The position numbers and the translations under genes are program-made. A stretch of 64,000 nucleotides of DNA. It comes from Ignavibacteria bacterium. GTDB lineage: Bacteria > Bacteroidota > Ignavibacteria > Kapaibacteriales > UBA4661. The stretch lies in NCBI GenBank assembly GCA_014654705.1, contig JACVZY010000106.1, forward strand, positions 2,083 through 66,082, in the 5' to 3' direction. Shown piece by piece: positions 56,764-64,000 of this stretch (position 1 is the first letter of the stretch; every line of letters starts with the position of its first letter). The notes under the pieces were generated by a model. It ran no database searches, was not told where the DNA came from, and saw nothing but the letters and a program-made list of their open reading frames with translations.

Positions 56764-58881
56764 CTATGCCTCAGCGCTTTGCAGCTCAAGAATAAATGTC
56801 GCACCCTTACCCGGTTCGCTCTCGCACCACACACGCCCCTCCTGCAACTCAACAAGCCTTTTGACAATTGAAAGCCCCAAGCCCGTCGAGTTCTCTCCGC
56901 CTGTTGGCAATGCCGACAAACGGGCAAATTTGCCAAAGACGTGTCGTTGGTCATCTGCTGTCAAGCCCGGACCTTCGTCCTGCACTTCTACACGCACATA
57001 CTTTTTACCACTTTCCGTGCGGCTCAGACAGCGCACCCACACTTGCTTCCACTGCGGCGAATATTTGACGGCATTCGATACAAGATTATCCAATATCTGC
57101 CGCAGAGCCTGTTTATCTGCGCGAGCGGTAAGACGTTGTGAGGCGTGCAGATGAAGAATAATTCCCTTTTGCGTCGCCCGTGCTTGATATTCCTCCACCA
57201 CACTCGTCACAATTTCCATATCCACCGGCTGAATATCGACACTCACCAGCCCGCTCTCAATGCGGTTTACGTCCAAAATGTTAGCGATAATATCCACCAT
57301 AGCATCGCAAGCATTCATCATCATGCCCGTAAATCGGTGTACCCTCTCAGCTTCGTACCCCGTTGTAAACATACTTTCAATCATCTCTGCACCGGAGCGA
57401 ATACCGGCAAGCGGATTTTTGAGGTCGTGCGCAGCAATACCCAAAAATTCGTCTTTTTCGCGGTTCAGTTCCACAAGCTGCTTGGTGCGCTCTTCTACGC
57501 GATGTTCCAGCACTTTATTGAGTTGGAGAATTTCTTCTTGCGCTTCTTTCATTACCGTAATGTCTTGCAGAATCCCGTAGAGTTGCTCAATACTGCCACT
57601 CCGACCCCGCACACATCTCCCGGCGGCTCGCACCCACAGATGCTTATCGGTCGCGGTGATAAGTTTTAATTCCAAATCAAACGGCTCGCCCGTCGTGAGC
57701 AACTGCTGCGATGCCGCTTGTATGATGGGGCGATGTTCAGGATGAAAGAATTGGAACTCGCCTGTTACTGTTGATAAATCCGTATCGTCAGGCACATCGT
57801 AGATTCGGTATATTTCTTTCGTCCAGCGCATCTGCCTGTGTGCCACATCAAATTCCCAACCACCAATCCGCGCAATAGCACCAGTGGTGTCCAGCAGTTG
57901 ATTTTGCTTGTAAATAATAATCTCAGACCGCTTGGCAATGGTGATGTCTAGTGCTGCCATGAGCACCGCCACAACACGCTCGCCGTCAGCATAGACGGGC
58001 TTGATTGAATATTGGAACCAGCGTTCTTGCCCCTCGACCATAGCCGGAGCTTCATAGTCAACAGCCACGCCCGAAAATGCTTGCCGGATTTCCTCTATGA
58101 ATTTTGCGGCTCGGTCAGGCATGAGATACGATGCGATTGATTCACCGACCACTATTTCCTTCTGCAAGGCACGATAGACGCTTTCCTGCGTTAGTTTGTT
58201 AAAGGTCAGCACACGTAAATCTTGGTCAATAAGCCATATTGCCTGTGGAGAATTATCCACTACCGTCCGCAGATGCGCCTCTCGGATGTGCAGCATTTCT
58301 TCGTTGCGAATACGCTCGGTCAAATCAATTCCGGTACACTGAATTTCCATGTCCCCATGGTATGTATTGCGAATGGCAATAAACTCCCACGTAGTGGTGA
58401 GAATACCAAATCGGAGACTTGGCTTCCGCAGAGTAACGCGTATCGGGATTTCAGGCTCGGCGAAGCACTGTTCTACGGCTTTGATAGCAACATCGTGGTC
58501 TTCGGGAATGACGAATTTCAACGAAAACGTTCCGATGATAGAGGTACGGTCTTCTTCACACACAAATGCCTCAAGAAAAGTACGATTAACGTAGGTGTAA
58601 TTGCCCTGCACATCCGTGCGAACCACATAGAGACCGGAGACGTCTAGCATTGACTGAAGATAGGTCTTCTGCGCCTGTACGCTCAGGTGCATGGATTGGT
58701 TCAATCGGAAAACACGAAAAAAAATGAGCGTGAGCGGTACGCCCAGCACCACAAAAATAATCGTAGAAAGCGTATTAAATAAGGCGATTTCTGGTGAGGC
58801 ATAGCGCCAAAACACAATGCTCCGCACGAGACCAAACGCGAGTAGAAAGAGTGGAGCAGCAAAAGCAAATCGAAAAAACAT
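56764..58881 (-). CDS. Membrane-anchored multi-PAS sensor histidine kinase
   Basis: Two N-terminal TM helices (FAAPLFLLAFGLVRSIVFW; LSTIIFVVLGVPLTLIFF). At least three PAS-like segments. FLGIAAHDLKNPLAG H-box. HATPase (DEGPGL, GLGLSIVKRLVELQEG). The start might instead be MTKIFPSL (58944). Confidence 0.75.
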   Translation of the reverse strand: MFFRFAFAAPLFLLAFGLVRSIVFWRYASPEIALFNTLSTIIFVVLGVPLTLIFFRVFRLNQSMHLSVQAQKTYLQSMLDVSGLYVVRTDVQGNYTYVNRTFLEAFVCEEDRTSIIGTFSLKFVIPEDHDVAIKAVEQCFAEPEIPIRVTLRKPSLRFGILTTTWEFIAIRNTYHGDMEIQCTGIDLTERIRNEEMLHIREAHLRTVVDNSPQAIWLIDQDLRVLTFNKLTQESVYRALQKEIVVGESIASYLMPDRAAKFIEEIRQAFSGVAVDYEAPAMVEGQERWFQYSIKPVYADGERVVAVLMAALDITIAKRSEIIIYKQNQLLDTTGAIARIGGWEFDVAHRQMRWTKEIYRIYDVPDDTDLSTVTGEFQFFHPEHRPIIQAASQQLLTTGEPFDLELKLITATDKHLWVRAAGRCVRGRSGSIEQLYGILQDITVMKEAQEEILQLNKVLEHRVEERTKQLVELNREKDEFLGIAAHDLKNPLAGIRSGAEMIESMFTTGYEAERVHRFTGMMMNACDAMVDIIANILDVNRIESGLVSVDIQPVDMEIVTSVVEEYQARATQKGIILHLHASQRLTARADKQALRQILDNLVSNAVKYSPQWKQVWVRCLSRTESGKKYVRVEVQDEGPGLTADDQRHVFGKFARLSALPTGGENSTGLGLSIVKRLVELQEGRVWCESEPGKGATFILELQSAEA

Positions 58882-59116
58882 CGGATGCTCCGTGCGAAAC
58901 TCCGTCGAAGAATTCGACCGCAAAGAAGGAAATATCTTGGTCATAAACTTTGCACCAGAAAATATGGTGGGAACAAAAATGGCGTGGCAAGGGAGGGTGA
59001 GGAAAGAAGAGGGACTTTCCGGCAGAGTCAATACTATAAGGCAACTACTAGGAGCAAGTGCCTGAGCGCTTCACAGCAACTCAGGCGTTTTGGCATGGCA
59101 GTGAACAAGCATACAA

Positions 59117-59533
59117 TCAATTCAGCCAGAACATCGCATCCACGCTTACGCCGTCGGTCATCCAACAGTCGCGGTAGCGTGGGTCTCGCTGGCGGGAGAG
59201 CGTGAAGGTGTAAATCACGGTTTGGCTGTTCTCGCCCGTAATCATCACGCGCTGCTGTGCAACGGTGCCGGAGATAAGCACAGATTCGTAATCAGCGCTG
59301 CGGTGATTGAGCATAACGGCGTACACGGGATTACGCACGATTTGCTTGAAACGCGAGAGCGGTCCGGTATAAACTTTATTGCCCGGTGAGGCAAAGTTGA
59401 ATGCTGTTGCAATGCCATCGTCATTGCCGGCATCGTTATCGCGCAGCGCGTCGAGCTGAATACGAATAACATCGTCCGGCGAAAACTCAGGCTTGGGCTG
59501 CGGCAGCGTGTTTGGTTCGCGTTGTGGTTGCAT
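59117..59533 (-). CDS. Hypothetical small protein (DUF4864-like?)
   Basis: 138 aa. MQPQREPNTLPQPKPEFSPDDVIRIQLDALRDNDAGNDDGIATAFNFASPGNK... Plausible coding statistics, but the domain assignment is from memory only and uncertain. Confidence 0.45.
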   Translation of the reverse strand: MQPQREPNTLPQPKPEFSPDDVIRIQLDALRDNDAGNDDGIATAFNFASPGNKVYTGPLSRFKQIVRNPVYAVMLNHRSADYESVLISGTVAQQRVMITGENSQTVIYTFTLSRQRDPRYRDCWMTDGVSVDAMFWLN

Positions 59534-59706
59534 AAAGCGTTATGCGAAAATGCGTTAAAAAAACATCTGTGGAGCGATTTTGAGTGTGCAAAATTACAGA
59601 AATTTTCCTCGCAAACAAACAAAGTTCCATAAAATTCAGTAATTTGGCTGCACAACTGGTAAGCCTAGCTATACAACCTTCTCTCAACCTGATTTTTACT
59701 TACGAT

Positions 59707-61290
59707 ATGAACATTCTCATCGGCATTAGCGGCAGCATTGCTGCGTATAAATCAACCCAGATGGTTCGTGAAATTCTGAAAAGCACCGAAGCGGGTGGCA
59801 ACCACGAAGTCCGCGTTGTGATGACCCCTTCGGCAACAAAATTTATACCCGCTCTGACGTTGCAAAACCTCACGAAGCACGCCGTCGCTGTCGAAATGTT
59901 CGAGGAAGGTGTGCAATCGGGCGGTTCGTGGCATATACACCTCGCGCGGTGGTGCGACGTGATGATGATAGCGCCGTGCTCCGCCACAACGCTCGGCAAG
60001 CTGGCGCACGGCATTTGCGATACAGCTCTCACGACCGTTGCGCTCGCACTCCCGCCCGAAAAGCCGCTACTTATTGCGCCGGCGATGGATACCGAAATGT
60101 GGGTTCATCCCGCTACGCAGCGTAATTGCACCATTTTGCGTACCGACGGTGCATACATCATCCCGCCCGCCACCGGTGAGCTTGCAAGCGGCTTTGTGGG
60201 TGCAGGGCGGCTTCCCGAAACGAATGTGCTGCTGGATGCACTCTTTGCCGCATTGAACGCACCGCGCTTCGGGCGATTCAGCATACAAGAGCCTGCCCAG
60301 CAAGCCACGAGCAAGCGACCACACACCACAGCGCCAAACACTACGCAACAAAGCCCGGATGAGGCTTTCAACACATACAACAAACGCTTTGACAGTTATG
60401 CCGCAAAGCTCGCCCCCTCAGCACCAAGCACCACTGCGCCAAGTACCGCAGAGGCAAGCGCACAAGACCTCATCCAAGAAGCACTTGGGAAAACGGTTGT
60501 GAATTTGCAGGAAGGCGCAGAAGCAATTCAGTTTGATGCAGAACTGGAATTGACCAAACTTAAGCGTGAGAAGCGCGGCGAGACCTTTACGCCCCAGAGC
60601 AGCGTGGATGCAGGCGCGGTACCGTTCCCTTTTGCCGGAAAAACCGTACTCATAACGGCGGGACCAACCTACGAAAAGATAGACGATGTGCGGTTTATCG
60701 GCAATTATTCATCCGGTAAAATGGGCTTTGCACTTGCCGAAGAAGCAGCACACTATGGCGCAAAAGTAACCCTTATCGCAGGTCCCGTCGGCTTGGAAAC
60801 CCCGAACAATGTCCAGCGCGTGGATGTAGAATCGGCACGGGAAATGTTCGACGAAGTGATGAAACGCCGCGCAGAATCGGACGTCGTGGTGTTAGCGGCG
60901 GCGGTGGCAGATTTTACCCCGATTGAGAAACATGACGGCAAAATCAAAAAAGAAGATACCGGCGAGACAATGACGCTCCGCCTGACCAAAACGCCGGATA
61001 TTTTAGCGGCAGTCGGTGCGGTCAAGGGCGACAGGCAAGTCGTGGTGGGCTTTGCACTGGAGGCACACAATCACGTCGAAAATGCTCGCAAAAAACTCAA
61101 CGCCAAACGCGCCGACATCATTGTTCTTAACGCTCTCGGCAAGCCCCAAAGCGGCTTTGACACCGACGAGAACACCATCACGATTCTCACCCCAAGCACC
61201 GAACCGAAGGACTTTGCGCCAATGCCCAAGCGAGAATGCGCTCGCGTGATTTTGCGGGCAGCCGCAGAAATTGGGCAGCAGAAACAATAA
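59707..61290 (+). CDS. coaBC: Bifunctional phosphopantothenoylcysteine decarboxylase / phosphopantothenate-cysteine ligase with a long low-complexity inter-domain insertion
   Basis: N-terminal flavoprotein domain (MNILIGISGSIAAYKS.., MMIAPCSATTLGKLAHGICD). C-terminal CoaB domain (GKTVLITAGPTYEKIDDVRFIGNYSSGKMG.., ADIIVLNA). The two are separated by about 120 aa rich in A/P/S/T/Q (APSAPSTTAPSTAEASAQ), so the protein is 528 aa rather than about 400. Confidence 0.85.
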   Translation: MNILIGISGSIAAYKSTQMVREILKSTEAGGNHEVRVVMTPSATKFIPALTLQNLTKHAVAVEMFEEGVQSGGSWHIHLARWCDVMMIAPCSATTLGKLAHGICDTALTTVALALPPEKPLLIAPAMDTEMWVHPATQRNCTILRTDGAYIIPPATGELASGFVGAGRLPETNVLLDALFAALNAPRFGRFSIQEPAQQATSKRPHTTAPNTTQQSPDEAFNTYNKRFDSYAAKLAPSAPSTTAPSTAEASAQDLIQEALGKTVVNLQEGAEAIQFDAELELTKLKREKRGETFTPQSSVDAGAVPFPFAGKTVLITAGPTYEKIDDVRFIGNYSSGKMGFALAEEAAHYGAKVTLIAGPVGLETPNNVQRVDVESAREMFDEVMKRRAESDVVVLAAAVADFTPIEKHDGKIKKEDTGETMTLRLTKTPDILAAVGAVKGDRQVVVGFALEAHNHVENARKKLNAKRADIIVLNALGKPQSGFDTDENTITILTPSTEPKDFAPMPKRECARVILRAAAEIGQQKQ

Positions 61291-61419
61291 CCGTAACAAT
61301 AATGGTACTGAATTTTGAGTGTTGAGTTTGAGTTCAAGAATCTCATACACCAGCAAGAAAGAGCCATTGAGCACAATTTACTCACCATTCAGCACCATTG
61401 TTGCCGCTTTACTTGTATT

Positions 61420-63696
61420 CTACACCATTCCACTCCGCTTTCGCAAGAGCCATTCCAGCGCGAATAAGGCGAGAGCTGCAATAAGCAACCACGCCACATT
61501 CCAAAGGGCAATATCACTGCGTAGCGTGATGGGGCGGGCTTTATAGCCGGGAGCAGATTGAATAGCGCGGCGAACGGCATCCGGATTACGTGCGGCTTCT
61601 TCGGCAGTATAAAATTTGCCGCCGGTGGATTCTGCCAGATACCGCAAGAATGCGGCATTCATGCGCAAATTCTGATACTCAATATTGACCTTGCCAACGC
61701 TGAAACGTCCAAAATCTTCGCCATATTTCTGGCTATTCACAAGAGCCGTGCCGACAAAGCTATATTCTCCCTCGCCCAAGCCCTCTACCGTCGACGCATA
61801 GCGCCCACCGCCAAGTGCCGCCAAGACGACCTCGCGGGACTGCTTGAGCGCTGTGCTTTGAAGCGCTACGCGCACATCCGCGCCGTCAAGCGGGTTATAA
61901 CTACGGTCATAGACTTGCCCAGTCAGCTCCACTTTTTCACCGCTTCCATAGACCTTGCGCGAAGACTTGATGCGAACAAACTTTCCCTGATCGCTCGTGG
62001 CAAGCCAGCGCAAGCCATTCTCGAAAAATGTTCCGAAAATATCTGGCACTGTGCGCCCTTTTGCCTCTTCTGCCGCGAACCCTAGCAATTTCCAGCGATA
62101 CAGCCCATAACCCAGAATCGCCAGCGATTTCGTATTGTTCAGTGTTCGCTGCACGATAAGCGGCTCAGCGAGCGGGACGTTGTTGAGTTTGATAGTGGAA
62201 AGCACTTCGGCTTCGGGCTTGACACGCACAAGCGTTTCGGTGCGGAAGAGCGGCGGAAGCTGATTCCACGCCTTTGCGTCGTCGTCTGTACCGATGAGTT
62301 TCATCACTGGACTGGAAAGCGCTTGCTGCTTCACGTCGGGCAACGCCAGCATTTCTTGCTTGCTGCCGGAAAGCGTGGTGAAGGGCAAATACGGCTCCAG
62401 TGGGCGAAGGCGCACCCAGTCAAGGTCTTGTGAAGCAATAAACAGAACGGGCTTACCACGAGAAAGTTCTGTTTTGACGGCTTCAATCACCACAAGTGGC
62501 GTAACGGTGAGCGGAAAACCGACAAGCACGATTGCCTCTGCATCCGAAAGGTCTTGACGCAATCCATCCAACGTGCGTTTTGGTGCGGCTTGCGGGGCAT
62601 TGGTTGTGCCGCTTGCACTAGCAGCATCATCCAGAAAACCACCCTTCATGTCTTCCACATACACATTGCACTGAACGTTTTTGTTGCCTTCCAGCGAAGA
62701 ACGAATAAAAGAAATATCGGGCGAAAGCTGGGAAGCCAGTACGAGCGTCTTCCGCTTATTTTTCAGCACATTCACAAACTCGGAAACGGCATTGTTTTTT
62801 GTGGTGAGTTCGCCTTCCAAGCCGCTTTGGTTCTTGATTTCAGCCGTCAGCGTGTGCATACCTGCTTGCTTAGGCGTATAGAGGATGCTCACGGTGCGTG
62901 ATTCCGTGCCGCGTACCGTAAGAGCTTGCTCGGAAATCGTTTCGCCGTTATCGCGGAGCGTAAGCCGTGCTGTGCCTTGCTCGAATCCGCTCGTTTGCAC
63001 GGTGATATTGATTGGCAGTTCGCTTTCCACGTAGCCGACTTCGTTGGTGATAATCGAGCGCACCGAAATATCTTTTGCTTCGGTGGAATCTCCCACACCA
63101 ACAACAAACACCGGACGACCAAGCATTTCTGCGGCATAGAGTGGATTTTCACCCTCATTGAATGCGCCATCGGTCATGAGCAAGACGGCTTGCGTATTAG
63201 TGCGTTCGGCATCTTGAAAAATATGCTGAAGCGGTTTTGCGATATTGGAAAACTGCCCCTCAAGGCGCATTGCGTCTGGTCGGAAGTCTTTCGCTGTGAG
63301 CATGGCAATATCGTTATCGAAGAGCGTGATGGTGGATGCGGCTTCGGGAAGCGCTTCGTTCAGCGTTTCGGGCTTGAGTGCTTTGAGTGCAGTCATGTAA
63401 TCCACCTTGCGGTCGCGCGAGGCATCACGCAAGGACAGTGATTCTGAATTATCCAGCAGAATAGCTACACGCGGCGCTTCTTCGGTGGCGCGGAGAACAT
63501 TGACAATCGGCTCAAAAAGTGCAAAAAGTAAAATCCACAAGCCCAAAAGCCGCAGCGCCATCAGTGTATATCGCCGAAGCGGTGAAACAGGCGGCGTGGT
63601 GATACGATAGGCATACCACGTCAGAGCAGCAGCAGCAATGCCGCATAAAACAAGTAACCACCACGAGGCGCTGAGACTAAAACTGTATGAAGTCAT
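61420..63696 (-). CDS. Large membrane-anchored protein with an N-terminal double TM and a vWA-like (MIDAS DxSxS) domain
   Basis: Two TM helices (WWLLVLCGIAAAALTWY; LMALRLLGLWILLFALF), then RVAILLDNSESLSLRD (DxSxS metal-ion-dependent adhesion motif). 758 aa. A C-terminal TM (WNVAWLLIAALALFALEWLL). Confidence 0.55.
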   Translation of the reverse strand: MTSYSFSLSASWWLLVLCGIAAAALTWYAYRITTPPVSPLRRYTLMALRLLGLWILLFALFEPIVNVLRATEEAPRVAILLDNSESLSLRDASRDRKVDYMTALKALKPETLNEALPEAASTITLFDNDIAMLTAKDFRPDAMRLEGQFSNIAKPLQHIFQDAERTNTQAVLLMTDGAFNEGENPLYAAEMLGRPVFVVGVGDSTEAKDISVRSIITNEVGYVESELPINITVQTSGFEQGTARLTLRDNGETISEQALTVRGTESRTVSILYTPKQAGMHTLTAEIKNQSGLEGELTTKNNAVSEFVNVLKNKRKTLVLASQLSPDISFIRSSLEGNKNVQCNVYVEDMKGGFLDDAASASGTTNAPQAAPKRTLDGLRQDLSDAEAIVLVGFPLTVTPLVVIEAVKTELSRGKPVLFIASQDLDWVRLRPLEPYLPFTTLSGSKQEMLALPDVKQQALSSPVMKLIGTDDDAKAWNQLPPLFRTETLVRVKPEAEVLSTIKLNNVPLAEPLIVQRTLNNTKSLAILGYGLYRWKLLGFAAEEAKGRTVPDIFGTFFENGLRWLATSDQGKFVRIKSSRKVYGSGEKVELTGQVYDRSYNPLDGADVRVALQSTALKQSREVVLAALGGGRYASTVEGLGEGEYSFVGTALVNSQKYGEDFGRFSVGKVNIEYQNLRMNAAFLRYLAESTGGKFYTAEEAARNPDAVRRAIQSAPGYKARPITLRSDIALWNVAWLLIAALALFALEWLLRKRSGMV

Positions 63697-63861
63697 AGAA
63701 AAATGGTCAATTCAAACGGTGAGGGAAAATCGTTCTGTGGAGAAATACGGAGGGACGGTTTCTCAGTTACATAAAAAAATAATTTTGAAAATACGAAAAA
63801 TCCCCGTACCTTTGAAATCTGTTTAGCGTATTTTTTGCTTCCAGCAAATAAAAATCGCTGA

Positions 63862-63935
63862 CGGGGTGTAGCTCAGCCCGGTAGAGCGCTACGTTCGGGA
63901 CGTAGAGGCCGGAGGTTCGAGTCCTCTCACCCCGA
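63862..63935 (+). tRNA. tRNA-Pro (anticodon CGG)
   Basis: Hand-folded cloverleaf: acceptor CGGGGTG/CACCCCG, D-arm GCTC-AGCCCGGTA-GAGC, anticodon arm CTACG-TTCGGGA-CGTAG (anticodon CGG), T-arm GGAGG-TTCGAGT-CCTCT, discriminator A. CCA is not encoded. Confidence 0.85.
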
Positions 63936-63937
63936 CG

Positions 63938-63969
63938 AAAGCCTAGCAAATGCTAGGCTTTGTCGTTTT
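63938..63969 (+). terminator. Hairpin and weak T-run after the tRNA-Pro gene
   Basis: aaagcctagc-aaat-gctaggcttt (10-bp stem) followed by gtcgtttta. Confidence 0.5.
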
Positions 63970-64000
63970 ATAGGGACGCTGGAGGGACGTTTAACATATT

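Noticed and set aside
12448-57154. Recurring small antisense ORFs containing ..GNSTINVAPLP.. / ..KPVE.SPPVG.. (12448-12651, 18030-18260, 25160-25477, 32596-32976, 34965-35297, 56323-56670, 56861-57154)
   Set aside because: Each lies opposite the conserved HATPase_c G-box region of a histidine kinase. The shared peptide is simply the reverse-frame translation of the conserved kinase DNA, not a real gene family.
1-64000. Mobile elements (integrase, transposase, phage genes) or toxin-antitoxin/defence cassettes
   Set aside because: No ORF showed integrase, transposase or phage structural motifs or typical defence domains. The only mobile-like signal is the short palindromic repeat element.

Overview
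This is a roughly 64 kb chromosomal window, about 52% GC. Gene content (a CarboxypepD_reg-type TonB-dependent receptor, Omp85, LpxL, and beta-propeller/Y_Y_Y histidine kinases) points to the FCB group (Bacteroidota/Chlorobiota-like); this is an inference, not a database hit. Housekeeping genes are present: a partial PBP1A, mutY, thrA (bifunctional aspartokinase/homoserine dehydrogenase), accC, coaBC, an lpxL-family acyltransferase, an aldehyde dehydrogenase, and tRNA-Pro(CGG) at the 3' end. Interleaved with these is an unusually dense signal-transduction island. It holds 10 histidine kinases: three paralogous beta-propeller/Y_Y_Y kinases, three kinases with a secreted TPR sensor module (one fused to a LytS-type core), PAS and PAS/GAF kinases, a second LytS-type kinase, and a cytoplasmic coiled-coil kinase. 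It also holds three LytTR response regulators, two stand-alone REC proteins, two MCPs, a 220-aa PAS-MCP-tip mini-protein, and a 3/3 single-domain globin. Other accessory items are an orphan Dam-like D12 adenine methyltransferase encoded 18 bp downstream of a sensor kinase, a glycosylation cluster (GT-A, SDR epimerase, GT-B-like, YfhO) containing an unrecognisable 433-aa protein, and a short nested-palindrome element present in two intergenic copies. There are 20-21 bp-period direct repeats in three promoter regions, two of them next to LytTR operons. No CRISPR array, integrase, transposase or obvious toxin/defence cassette was found. The candidate novel signals are a split globin plus sensor-less MCP operon behind a LytTR regulator, and a kinase-linked orphan DNA methyltransferase.
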